From an uncultured delta proteobacterium (GTDB taxonomy: Bacteria > Myxococcota > Myxococcia > Myxococcales > Anaeromyxobacteraceae): 64,000 bases of DNA. Positions 11,881 through 22,822 of this stretch are shown here, in pieces (position 1 is the stretch's first letter; each line of letters begins with the position of its first letter). The DNA is taken from positions 160,001-224,000 of the forward strand of contig CAVYBH010000012.1 in NCBI GenBank assembly GCA_963766715.1, in the 5' to 3' direction. The position numbers and the translations under genes are program-made. The notes below the pieces were generated by a model, which was not told the DNA's origin, ran no database searches, and saw only the letters and a list, made by a program, of their open reading frames with translations.

Positions 11881-12953
11881 CGCTCTTCCTCCACCTGGCG
11901 CGGCGCGCGCTGGCCGGGTTCCTCGGCGCGCTCGCGGCGGTCGTCGTCCTGTTCCTCGCGGTCGAGTTCGCGGAGGGTGCGAGCGCCTTCAAGGGCGAGG
12001 GCGCGCTGCGGGCCGCGGCGATGGTCTACCTGTACCGGGCCGCGGCGGTGGCCTGGCAGACCGCCCCGGCCGCCATGCTGCTCGCCGCATCCCTGACGGC
12101 CTCCGGGATCCGGCGGACCCGCGAGTACGACGCCATGCGCGCCCTCGGCCTCGGACCGTGGCGGGTCGCGCTCCCCGTCCTCGCGGTGGCCGCGGCGGTG
12201 GCGGGCGGCATGGTGGTCTTCGACGACCACTTCGCCGCCGGTGCGGCCGCGAAGGCCGACGAGATCAAGGCGGCGCGCGGGGTCGGCAGCAACGCCTGGG
12301 CGCGGTGGCAGGAGCGGAAGACCTGGTTCCGCGGGCGGGACGGGAAGCGGCTGTACGAGCTTCGCGCCTCGGGTCCGGAGGGGTCGTTCGAGCGGGTCAC
12401 CATCCTCGACGTCGGGCCGTCCTTCCGGCTGGTCCGGCGCGTGGACGCCGCCCGGATGGTTCCCGGCCCGGGGGGCGAGTGGATCCTGGAGGAGGTCGAG
12501 GAGAGGCGATTCGCCGACGACGGGACCATGGCGCTCGACCGGACGCCCCGGCGCGCCTACCGGTTCGACGAGGACCCGATGGCCTTCGCGGTCCGCCCCG
12601 GCTGGCCGGCCCAGATGAACCGGGCGGTGCTCGCGGAGCAGGTGGCGGTCCGGTCGCGGCTCGGGCTCCCCACCGCCGAGTACGCGCTCGAGTGGTACCG
12701 CAAGCTCGCCTATCCGTTCGCCGCGGTCCCGGCCAGCCTGCTGGCGCTGGCGCTGGCGCTCCGGCGAAACCGGAAGGGCTTCGTCACGGCCTCCCTGATC
12801 GAGTCGGTGGGGGTCTCGCTCGTCTTCTACGCGCTGCAGGGGCTCTCCTGGTCGCTCGCCCGGTCCGGGCAGCTTCCGCCGGCCGCCGCGGCCTGGCTGC
12901 CCGACCTGGCGTTCGCGGCCGCCGGGCTGTGGGCGCTTCGCCGGTGGAGGTGA
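11877..12953 (+). CDS. lptG: LPS export ABC transporter permease LptG-like
   Basis: REYDAMRALGLG, RKLAYPF, LPPAAAAWLP; paired with lptF. Confidence 0.8.
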   Translation: MTLFLHLARRALAGFLGALAAVVVLFLAVEFAEGASAFKGEGALRAAAMVYLYRAAAVAWQTAPAAMLLAASLTASGIRRTREYDAMRALGLGPWRVALPVLAVAAAVAGGMVVFDDHFAAGAAAKADEIKAARGVGSNAWARWQERKTWFRGRDGKRLYELRASGPEGSFERVTILDVGPSFRLVRRVDAARMVPGPGGEWILEEVEERRFADDGTMALDRTPRRAYRFDEDPMAFAVRPGWPAQMNRAVLAEQVAVRSRLGLPTAEYALEWYRKLAYPFAAVPASLLALALALRRNRKGFVTASLIESVGVSLVFYALQGLSWSLARSGQLPPAAAAWLPDLAFAAAGLWALRRWR

Positions 12954-12958
12954 GGGGA

Positions 12959-13585
12959 GTGGCGGAGATCACCCGGGACGTCGCCGTCGCCGCCGCCGCC
13001 CTGCGGCGCGGTGCGCTCGTGGCCTATCCCACCGAGACCTTCTACGGCCTGGGTGCACTGGCGTCGCTTCCGGAGGCGCTCGCCCGGCTCACCGCCGCCA
13101 AGCTCCGCCCGGAAGGGAAGCCGCTTCCGCTGGTGGCCTCCGCCCCGGACGTGGCCTTCGCGCTGTGGCGGGACGTCCCGCCGTCGGCGAGGCGCCTCGC
13201 GGGGGCCTTCTGGCCGGGGCCGCTCACGCTCGTCGTGGCGGCGGCGCCCGGGCTGCCGCCGGAGATCGCGCTCGGGGGAAGCGTGGGGGTGCGCGTCCCG
13301 GGCCTGCCGCTGGCCCGCGAGCTCTCCCGCCTCGCCGGAGGGGCCATCGTGTCCACCTCGGCGAACCCCTCTGGCGGGGAATCCCCCACCGCTCCCTCCG
13401 GCCTGGCCCCGGAGCTGCTCTCCCGGATCGACCTGGTCCTGGACGGCGGCCCCACCCCGGGCGGGCTGCCCAGCACCGTGGTGGAAGTCGGCCCTTTCGG
13501 CGCCCGGCTCCTCCGGACGGGGGCGGTACCCTGGGCCCAGGTCGAGGAGAGGCTCGGGGCGCCCTTGCCCTCCCGAGGCGGCTGA
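12959..13585 (+). CDS. tsaC: L-threonylcarbamoyladenylate synthase (TsaC/YrdC)
   Basis: VAYPTETFYGL, FWPGPLTLV, VGVRVP, STSANPSG, PSTVV. Confidence 0.92.
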   Translation: MAEITRDVAVAAAALRRGALVAYPTETFYGLGALASLPEALARLTAAKLRPEGKPLPLVASAPDVAFALWRDVPPSARRLAGAFWPGPLTLVVAAAPGLPPEIALGGSVGVRVPGLPLARELSRLAGGAIVSTSANPSGGESPTAPSGLAPELLSRIDLVLDGGPTPGGLPSTVVEVGPFGARLLRTGAVPWAQVEERLGAPLPSRGG

Positions 13586-13602
13586 TCTACGGTCCCGCGC
13601 CC

Positions 13603-14934
13603 GTGCCGGTGATCGCGCCATTCCAGGGACTCCGCTACGCCGCCTCCGGCCGGGAGCTGTCGGCGCGCATCGCGCCTCCCTACGACATCATCACGCCCGC
13701 GCAGCGGGATGCCCTGGCCGCCCGGGATCCGCTCGGGATCGTCCACCTCATCCTCGACAAGCCGCTCCCCGGCGACGCTCCCGGGAGCGATCGCTACTCG
13801 CGGGCGGCCGATCGCCTCCGCGACTGGACCGCCTCGGGGATCCTGAAGCGCGACCCTCGCCCGGCGCTGTACGGGCTCGAGCAGGCCTTCGTCGCGCCCG
13901 ACGGCCGGGAGCGGATCCGGCGGGGCGTGATGGCCGCCGTCCACCTCCACGACCTGCGCGAGGGCATCGTCCGCGCCCACGAGGCCACGGTTCCCGCGAC
14001 GGTGGAGGACCGGCTGGCGCTCCTGCGCCACGTCCGGACCGACCTCTCTCCGGTGTTCGGGCTCCACGAGGATCCGCGGGGCGAGGTGGCCTCCGCGCTG
14101 GCCAGCGCGTTCCAGCGCGACCCGGTCGCCGAGGCGACGGCGGACGACGGCACGCGCCACCGCCTGTGGCGGATGGACGAGGCCTCGACCATCGCGGCCG
14201 TGCAGAAGGCGATGGCCGACCGGCGCGTCCTCATCGCCGACGGCCATCACCGCTACGCTGCGGCGCTCGCCTACCGGGACGAGCTCGATCGCGTGAAGCC
14301 GGGCCTGCCCGCCGACGGCGGCCACCGCTTCACCCTCATGTACCTGCTCGCGAAGAGCGACCCCGGCCTGGTCATCTTCCCGACCCACCGGCTGCTGCGA
14401 TCCCTGTGCGGCGTCTCGCCCGACGAGCTCGCCCGCCGGCTCACGCCCTACTTCCAGGTCGAGGCCATCGAGGAGGACATCCGGCGCCCGACCGGCCGGG
14501 CCTGGGCCATCTCCCGCCTCTCCGAGCACATGGGCAAGTCGAGCGCCTTCCTGCTCGTCACCGCGCAGGACCGCAAGGCGCGCCTGATCACCCTCCGGGA
14601 CGGCGCGGACCTCTCCGGCCTTCCGCTCCCCGCCCACGAGACGCTCCGGGCGCTCGACGCGAGCGTCCTGCAGGGCGTGGTCCTCGAGGGGGTCCTGGGA
14701 TCGGCCTCCTGCGAGCCCGCGAACCTGGCCTTCCTCCGGGACGCCGGCGAGGCGGTGACCCGCACGCTGAGTGGAGAGTACGAGGCGGCCTTCCTCCTCA
14801 ACCCGACCCCCATGTGGCAGGTGCAGGCGGTGGCCGACGCCGGGCTCACGATGCCGCAGAAGAGCACCTGGTTCCACCCCAAGATCCCGAGCGGACTCGT
14901 GCTGCGCCCGGTCGATCCGAACGGCCCGCCGTAG
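13603..14934 (+). CDS. DUF1015 family protein
   Basis: IAPFQGLRY, APPYDII, HEAT, LIADGHHRY, MPQKSTWFHPKIPSGL. Confidence 0.9.
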   Translation: MPVIAPFQGLRYAASGRELSARIAPPYDIITPAQRDALAARDPLGIVHLILDKPLPGDAPGSDRYSRAADRLRDWTASGILKRDPRPALYGLEQAFVAPDGRERIRRGVMAAVHLHDLREGIVRAHEATVPATVEDRLALLRHVRTDLSPVFGLHEDPRGEVASALASAFQRDPVAEATADDGTRHRLWRMDEASTIAAVQKAMADRRVLIADGHHRYAAALAYRDELDRVKPGLPADGGHRFTLMYLLAKSDPGLVIFPTHRLLRSLCGVSPDELARRLTPYFQVEAIEEDIRRPTGRAWAISRLSEHMGKSSAFLLVTAQDRKARLITLRDGADLSGLPLPAHETLRALDASVLQGVVLEGVLGSASCEPANLAFLRDAGEAVTRTLSGEYEAAFLLNPTPMWQVQAVADAGLTMPQKSTWFHPKIPSGLVLRPVDPNGPP

Positions 14935-14991
14935 GGCGAGCCGCCGCGCGCGCCCCTTTCCCACCGGTCCGGTTTGCGCTAAGAACCGCGC

Positions 14992-16220
<1,229 letters not shown>

Positions 16221-16224
<4 letters not shown>

Positions 16225-16763
16225 TGCGCGACGCGCGTCCGGAAGGTTCGCCGTACCCGAAGGCCGATCTCTGGCTGCGCGGCCTGGCCCGGGGCGTCGA
16301 CTTCCTGCTCGCCTTCGCGCTGGCCACGCTGGGCCACGAGCTGGGGGCCATCCTCGCGGTGGTCTACCTCCTGCTCGCCGACGGGTTCCTCCACGGCCAG
16401 TCGCCGGGAAAGCGGCTCTTCGGCGTGCGCGCCATGTACATCCCGCGCAAGACCCCGGCCGGTTACCGGGAGTCGATGCTGCGCAACGCCGACTTCGCTC
16501 TGGTGGCCCTCTTCTACGTCGTCCCGCTGGGGTGGATCCTGCTGCTCCTCGTCGGGCTGCCCATCATCGCCTTCGAGTCCTGGATGGTCTGGACCGACCG
16601 GCTGGGGATCCGCATCGGCGACATCTTCGCCGACACCCAGGTGGTCGACGGCAAGGTGGTGACCAAGATCGAGGTGATCGCCACCCACGCCTTCCCCATG
16701 TCTCCGGCTCCCCCGGGGCCGTCGGCGACGCGGGACATCGGAACGGCGCCGCGGGCGGCGTGA
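16221..16763 (+). CDS. RDD family membrane protein
   Basis: [34 protein letters not shown]. Confidence 0.88.
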
Positions 16764-16860
16764 CCCCCGCGTCCCGGCCGGAGCGCTGAACAGGTGGCGC
16801 GCCCCCCTCGCCGTGCTATACGTGTGCCGCTTTCGAAACCCCCTACACGAGGTGATCAGG

Positions 16861-16974
16861 ATGGCCCGTTCCAAGAGCAAGCACATGCGGGTGAAGAGCG
16901 CGAAGAAGCAGTCGTGGAAGGCCCGCCGCAAGCGTCAGAAGGCGGCGGCGAAGAAGACCCCCGCCAAGAAGTAG
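16861..16974 (+). CDS. 37-aa very basic small protein (MARSKSKHMRVKSAKKQSWKARRKRQKAAAKKTPAKK)
   Basis: Strong SD GAGGTGAT at 16849-16856, ATG..TAG, every Lys codon is AAG; below the ORF-track cutoff. Confidence 0.75.
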   Translation: MARSKSKHMRVKSAKKQSWKARRKRQKAAAKKTPAKK

Positions 16975-18330
16975 CTCGTCCCCGCTCCCGCGAGATCCGC
17001 TCCCGCCGCGCCATCGCGGCGGCGCTGGCGGCGATCGACGGCCTGGGCGCGGGGCGCCCGCTGCGTCTCGCGCTGGCCGCGTCCCTCGCGGAGCACCCCG
17101 GCATCGGACCGAAGGAGCGGCGTCACGCCGCGGCCGCCGCCCGTGCGGTGGCTCGCTGGCTGCGCGTCGCCGACGCGGCGCTCGTCCGGGCCGGGGCCCC
17201 GAAGTCCATTCCGGCCGACCGGTCGCTCCTGCGCTACCTCGCCTGGCGTGTGGCCGTGGAGGGAGAGCCACCGGAGGCCGTGGCGCGCGATCTCCGTCTT
17301 CCCGGTCCCCGGCGGCCCCGCACCCTCTCCGACGCCGACCTCCTGGGCGTCGCGCGGGCGCTGCCTCGCCCCGGGCCGGACGGGCCGCTCGCCGTCGACG
17401 CCCAGGGGAAGCCCCTCACGCCACCGTCCGATCCGGTCGTCGCCCTCGCCTTGCGGGGCAGCGTGCCCGACGCGTTCGCTCGCCGGCTCCTCCGGGATCT
17501 CGGCCCGGCGGAGGCGGAGGCGTGCCTCCGGGCGCTCAATCGCGACGCCGGTATCGCACTTCGAGTGAATGTCGCGCGGGCCACGCGGGAGGAGGTCCGC
17601 GCGGCGCTCTCGGGCGCCGGGATCCCGGCCGCGCCGGGGGAGGGGCCCTGGTCGCTCCGGGTGGAGGATCGCGCCGGCCTCTTCGACGCTCCGGCGCTCC
17701 GCCACGGGCTGGCCGAGGTCCAGGACGAGTCGAGCCAGAGGGTGGTGGAGGTGTGCGGGGCGAGGGCCGGGGAGCGCTGGCTCGACCTCTGCGCCGGGAG
17801 CGGCGGCAAGTCGCTCGGGCTCGCGGCCGCGGGGGCGACGGTCGTCGCGTGGGACGCCGTGGCGCGCCGTCTCGGGGACCTGCCGAGGCGGTCTCGGCGG
17901 GCCGGGGCCCGGGTCGAGGTCCTGCAGGGCGGAGCCGGAAGGGGCATTCGACGGCGTGCTCGTGGATGCGCCCTGCAGCGGGTCGGGAGCGCTCGCCCGG
18001 GAACCGGACGCTCGCTGGCGCATCGACGACGCCGCGGTGGCCGGGTTCCACGCCACCCAGCGAGAGGTCCTGGAGCGCGCGGCGGGGCTCGTCCGTCCCG
18101 GCGGCGCCCTCGTCTTCGCCACCTGCTCGGTATTCCGGGAGGAAGGGGAGGACGTCGTCGACCCGTTCCTCGAGCAGCACCCCGACTTCCGCGTGGCGGT
18201 CGAGGAGCGGCGCTGGCCCCACCGGGACGCGGGAGCCGGCTTCTACCTGGCCCGGATGGAGCGGCACGCCAAGGAAGGCGGGCGTTTTCGGGGGCGAACC
18301 CGCTTGACGCGGCACGGGGCGCTGCGTTAG
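16975..18330 (+). CDS. RsmB/NOP family SAM-dependent RNA m5C methyltransferase (start uncertain, frameshift ~17930)
   Basis: VQDESSQ, LDLCAGSGGKS, then VLVDAPCSGSG, LVFATCS in the second frame. Confidence 0.88.
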
Positions 18331-18390
18331 AAAGCGCCCTCCCGTCGGGGGTCTGCAGTTCCGATCCACGCCCGCGCAGGGAGGGTTGAC

Positions 18391-18660
18391 GTGGCGCTAC
18401 GCGATTTTCTCTTCGGCATCCGCGACCGCATCGTGCAGCGGTCCCAGATCGGCAAGGAGAAGCTGGACGCCGCCTTCGCCCGCAGGGAGCTCGACCAGAG
18501 GCTTCAGGAACTGGGAGAGAGGTACTACTCGCTGGCACGCCAGGGAGTGGCGGGTGTCCCGGACGATCTCCGGAACCTCCTCGCGGAGGTGGACGCACTC
18601 GCCGCGCAGTTGCAGACGCTTCGCGAGCAGCTGAGGCGGCTCGAGGAAGAAGCGGCCTAG
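18391..18660 (+). CDS. Hypothetical coiled-coil protein
   Basis: GGAGG SD, amphipathic helical 89-aa ORF with coding-like codon usage. Confidence 0.65.
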   Translation: MALRDFLFGIRDRIVQRSQIGKEKLDAAFARRELDQRLQELGERYYSLARQGVAGVPDDLRNLLAEVDALAAQLQTLREQLRRLEEEAA

Positions 18661-18677
18661 ACGCCGCAGACATAGAC

Positions 18678-18753
18678 GGGCCCGTGGCGCAGCTGGGAGC
18701 GCGCCTGAATGGCATTCAGGAGGTCACCGGTTCGATCCCGGTCGGGTCCACCA
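18678..18753 (+). tRNA. tRNA-Ala (GGC)
   Basis: Cloverleaf: acceptor GGGCCCG/CGGGTCC, anticodon stem CCTGA/TCAGG with loop ATGGCAT, T-loop GGTTCGATCC, encoded CCA. Confidence 0.97.
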
Positions 18754-18770
18754 AAAGGCAGAACAAGGTC

Positions 18771-18806
18771 GGGCGGTTCCGGAGCAACGGGCCGCCCGGT
18801 CTCTTT
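18771..18806 (+). terminator. Possible intrinsic terminator after tRNA
   Basis: GGGCGG...CCGCCC stem followed by a weak CTCTTT tract. Confidence 0.35.
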
Positions 18807-18892
18807 GAGCGGGCTACTCTTCGCCTGTCGAGCGACGCCGGGCCGCGGTTTCGCTCGGAAGTTCGTCCCCGGTTGAGGCGGAGGAGAGAACC

Positions 18893-19793
18893 GTGCACGC
18901 CCTTGCGACCCTGGCTGCGCTCCTCGCGATGGCGGCGGGCGGAAGCGCACCTCCACTGCAGAGCGAGGAGACGAGAGGTGCCCTGAAGGCCTCGTTGAGC
19001 GTTCCTCGAACGGTGGACGCGGGGCCCGAGGTCGACCTCCGGATCACCCTGGTGAACGTCAGCGGCGAGCGCCAGACCTTCCGCCTCGAGGTCCCCAGCG
19101 CGTCGTTCGTCGTGAGGGGCGCCGGCGGAAGCCTCTTCTTCGCGCCGGAGTCTTGCCCGCAGGCCTGGAACTGCTCCCAGCCGGCGCTGGCGCAGTACGT
19201 GACGATGGAGCCGGGCGCGCGGAGGGAGTTCGTCGAGCACTGGAACCTGGCGTCCCGGTGCGTCCAGCCCGGCTCCTACACGGTCGTGGCGCGGCTGCGC
19301 GCCTACCAGGAGGTGCAGCCGCCCGGCACCGTGGACGCGGGGAGCTTCGAGCCGTTCGTGATGCAGGCCGACGTGCAGCTCCATCCGGGCGCCGACGGTG
19401 GCCGCTGCGTGGGGAGCGCGCCGCACGTGGAGGGGCAGGAGTTCGATTGCCCGGCGGGCGGCGGCAAGCTCGCACCCGCATACTTCGAGCTCGGGCAGGC
19501 CGTCCTGACGCCCGAGGCCATGGCGAGCCTGGGGGGCGACGCGAGCTGCATCCGCCGGCGCGGATTCGCGAAGGTCGTCATCGAGGGCAACTGCGACGAC
19601 CGCGGCTCGGAGGCGGCGAACGTCCAGCTGGGGCAGCTCCGCGCCGAGGCGGTGCAGGAAGTACCTCGTCGACCGGGGCGTCGACGCCAGGGCCATCCAG
19701 ACGGTGAACTACGGCGAGGAGCGCCCCGCCTGCACGGAGCAGACCGAGGCGTGCTGGCAGAAGAACCGTCGCGCCGACGTCGTGGCGGAGTGA
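18893..19793 (+). CDS. Secreted protein: BsuPI-like Ig domain fused to OmpA/Pal-type peptidoglycan-binding domain (frameshift ~19655)
   Basis: Signal peptide; EGNCDDRGS..N..LG..RAEAV then KYLVDRGV..TVNYGEERPAC..CWQKNRRAD in the alternate frame. Confidence 0.8.
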
Positions 19794-19863
19794 GGCCACC
19801 GGCGGCCAGGTGCCGCCCGGATATGTCACGTGCGGCAGCAAGGATTTTGCTAGGGTGTCGCGC

Positions 19864-21804
19864 ATGATTCCTGGCTCCCTGCGCCCAGTTCTCGCCGGCC
19901 TCGCCCTGTTCTACGCACTTCCCACCCTCGCCTGGATCTGGCCCGAGCACCGGGACATCGCGGCGACGGCGGTGAACGATCTGCCGGCGGCGCAGCGCAA
20001 GACGCTCGACGCGATGTGGGCCGAGACCCAGCAGCTGGGCGGGAAGCAGGTCTGCACGAAGCTGGTCGACCCCGGCGCGCAGCCGGACGTGAAGTACGGA
20101 GAGTGGGAGAAGGTCTGCGTCGACTTCGCGTCCTTCCCGGCGCTGGCGGCCGACCACTCCTGCTCCGCCGACGAGCTCTGGGCCGACGTCTCCAGGGAGC
20201 TGTGGGCGGTGAAGGTGGTCTGGGTCGCGGCCCGCACCAAGGAGAAGCTCGCGACCTCCACGAGCTCCGCGCAGCACGAGGACGTCTGGAGCCTCTCGCA
20301 CCTGGCCATGCAGTACGTCGATCCCCGGTACCTGACCCGGGCCGAGGGCAACAACGCCCACTTCCTCGTCCCGCGGGCTCCGGTGCAGTCGAAGGAGGAC
20401 CTGGACACGTACCTCGACCGGGTGCTGTTGCCGGCCACCGAGATCAACGCCACCGGGCTGTACACCGAGTACCACATGCTGGCGCTGCGGCTGGCGGCGC
20501 TCTACCACGCGGCTCCGGCCGCCGAGAAGGCCGACCTGGCGCGCCGGGCGCTGGTGGCGGAAGGCGTGGCGCTGCACTTCCTGGAGGACTCCTTCTCGTC
20601 GGGCCACTACGCCGCGACCTGGGGAGGCGCGGCCTGGCAGAAGGGCACCCACGACTTCTACTCCACCATCGGGCTCACCACGATGACGTGGAAGGGAGAC
20701 CTCTTCGCGAGCCACGGCGACGCCAACATGACCGAGCAGGACATGCGGGTCGCCGCGGTGACCATCCGGCAGAGCCTGGCCCAGGTCGCCAGCGCCGCCG
20801 AGGGGCGGATGCCGCTCGCCGGCCGCGCGCTCTCTCCCGCGGAGAAGGAGATCGAGGCGCTCAACTTCTGCAAGGCGGAGCACCTGCCCCCGCCGCCGGT
20901 GGACACGGTGGCCCGGAGCGCCACGACGATGGTTCTCCAGAACAGCCCGGTCCCGGCGGGGGGCAAGGACGAGATCCATCCGCCCCGGGCTCGCGCCGAC
21001 ATGGGTCCGTTCGTCGGCGCCATCTCCGGCTACACGCTGGGAACGGCGATGGGCGGGTACGACAGCTGGGCCAACACGCGGCTCCGGTCCGAGTTCGAGA
21101 TCGGCGCCCGGCTGGGCTACGGGCTGGAAGGACTGCTGACGAGGAGCATGGACGGGCAGATGTGGGTGCAAGGAGAGCTGGTGTCGGACCCGGTCCAGCT
21201 GGACCTGGGGTGCACGACCTGCACCCCGTACCCCGCGGCCTCGTCGGGGAAGCGGACCGGCGTCTCGGTCCCGCGGGTCGGCGCCCGCTCCGCGCTGAAG
21301 CTCTCCCTGCGCATGCCCTTCTACGTGGTTCCGTTCGACCTGGTGATCCTGGCCCCCGTGCTGATGTTCACCTCCCCGCAGGCGCTGACGAGCGTGGTCT
21401 TCGCCTCGGCGGCGGGAGGGCTCCTGCCCATCGAGCGCAAGTTCGAGACCGACATCGGCACGTTCCAGTTCATGGCCGGCCGCGAGGTCGGGGTCACCCT
21501 GTGGGGGTTCACGGGCCACACGAACCAGTTCCTCTACACGCCCATCCCGGACAAGGCAGCAATCCGTGCGGTGAACTACGACTCGCTGGAGCTGGATTTC
21601 CCGATCTTCGAGTACGTGCCGCCGCGCGTCTTCGCGACCACGCTCTCCCTCGCCGCAGAGTTCCAGCTGGGCTTCAACGTCGAGATCCCGATGAACGTGG
21701 CCTTCGCCGATAACGGGCAGACGTTCAGCCTCGGACCCAGCTGGAACATCTACCTTCGCTTCCGCCTCGACGCGCGCAAGTACTTCGGCGGATCCTCCGA
21801 CTAG
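19864..21804 (+). CDS. Secreted protein with zinc phospholipase C/P1-nuclease-like motifs and beta-rich C-terminus
   Basis: Signal peptide followed by W-I-W-P-E-H; HFLEDSFSSGH and THD motifs; intact long ORF. Confidence 0.6.
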   Translation: MIPGSLRPVLAGLALFYALPTLAWIWPEHRDIAATAVNDLPAAQRKTLDAMWAETQQLGGKQVCTKLVDPGAQPDVKYGEWEKVCVDFASFPALAADHSCSADELWADVSRELWAVKVVWVAARTKEKLATSTSSAQHEDVWSLSHLAMQYVDPRYLTRAEGNNAHFLVPRAPVQSKEDLDTYLDRVLLPATEINATGLYTEYHMLALRLAALYHAAPAAEKADLARRALVAEGVALHFLEDSFSSGHYAATWGGAAWQKGTHDFYSTIGLTTMTWKGDLFASHGDANMTEQDMRVAAVTIRQSLAQVASAAEGRMPLAGRALSPAEKEIEALNFCKAEHLPPPPVDTVARSATTMVLQNSPVPAGGKDEIHPPRARADMGPFVGAISGYTLGTAMGGYDSWANTRLRSEFEIGARLGYGLEGLLTRSMDGQMWVQGELVSDPVQLDLGCTTCTPYPAASSGKRTGVSVPRVGARSALKLSLRMPFYVVPFDLVILAPVLMFTSPQALTSVVFASAAGGLLPIERKFETDIGTFQFMAGREVGVTLWGFTGHTNQFLYTPIPDKAAIRAVNYDSLELDFPIFEYVPPRVFATTLSLAAEFQLGFNVEIPMNVAFADNGQTFSLGPSWNIYLRFRLDARKYFGGSSD

Positions 21805-22106
21805 GACTCTCCCACGAGGAGAGCCCACACGTCGTCGCCGGGAGCGCCTGTCTCCTCCCGCGCGTCCGCGCTCGGCTCGTCCGACAGGACCATCGGAACC
21901 GGGAACCGGCGCGCGGCGAGCAACTCGCGTGCCTGCCCGGCGTCCGCAGCGGCGACGTGCACCCAGCTTCCAGGCAGGCGACCGGCCACGACGTCCCTCA
22001 CGCACACCGGGATCCCGGCGTCGCGGAGGATGGCGATGGCCACCACGGCCGTCTCGACGGGCACGCCAGCGAGCACTTCCACGGGATTCGCATTCACAGG
22101 AAGCAT
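21801..22106 (-). CDS. Small hypothetical protein (DUF2007-like)
   Basis: AIAILRDAGIPV..VHVAAADAGQARELL pattern. Confidence 0.5.
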   Translation of the reverse strand: MLPVNANPVEVLAGVPVETAVVAIAILRDAGIPVCVRDVVAGRLPGSWVHVAAADAGQARELLAARRFPVPMVLSDEPSADAREETGAPGDDVWALLVGES

Positions 22107-22196
22107 CCTAGAAGGCGGCTGGCGGGTGCGTCTTGCGCCCACACAGGTCCCCCCGGACAGGTGGTCCCCGGGTGAAGCCCCCCGCAAGCGGCACGA

Positions 22197-22673
22197 TCAG
22201 TCCGGATTCCCGGTTCGCAGCCACATCGCGCTCTGGTCTCCCTCGTAGACGAGGGCGCCCTCCTGCTCGAACTCGAAGCGATAGCGCGCCAGGATCCGCT
22301 CGCGGCCCCGGCGAACGTGGGTCGACCAGCCCCGCAGGACGAGCGGCGCTCCGGGCCGCGCCAGGCCGTGGAAGCGCGCCGAGTGGATCCGGGCTCCGTA
22401 GCCAATCCAGCCGTCCCGGTGCCGCAGGTCGAGGATGTAGTAGGCGTGGACGAAGCCGAGCATCCCGCTCATGTGGACCAGCAGCCCTCCGTTCAGGTGC
22501 GCGGGGTGCTTCCGGGGATCGGTGCGCTGCTCCCGGGTGAGCGGCAGGTCCGCGGAGGTCGGCATCCGCGCGACGACCAGGCCGCGCTCCCGGTCCACCA
22601 CCAGGATGTCGTCCAGCAGCAGGCCGCCCGGTCCGTACGGGGAGTCGGCCACGAAGTCGGGTTCGAGAGCCAT
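22197..22673 (-). CDS. Hotdog-fold (FabZ/FabA-like) protein
   Basis: SPYGPGGLLLDDI..HPAHLNGGL..ARFHGLARPGAPLVL..RYRFEF. Confidence 0.65.
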   Translation of the reverse strand: MALEPDFVADSPYGPGGLLLDDILVVDRERGLVVARMPTSADLPLTREQRTDPRKHPAHLNGGLLVHMSGMLGFVHAYYILDLRHRDGWIGYGARIHSARFHGLARPGAPLVLRGWSTHVRRGRERILARYRFEFEQEGALVYEGDQSAMWLRTGNPD

Positions 22674-22822
22674 GTCGTGGCTCCGGATGTTCCATCATCG
22701 ACCCGTCCGGTTGTCGAAAAAGGAACGATGGGGCCAGAAGAATCTGACGCTTCACTCCCGGACCCGAAAGGCAGTCGCGCCCTATCCAGGCGTCGGTGCA
22801 GGGGGTACGGTGGATAGATTTC

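Noticed and set aside
18684..18986. 100-aa ORF overlapping the tRNA
   Set aside because: Spurious translation of the tRNA-Ala sequence
22674..22822. Possible riboswitch (CCGAAAGG tetraloop) upstream of the GAF/PAS kinase
   Set aside because: Other c-di-GMP-I consensus elements are not seen; it would need an Infernal/Rfam search
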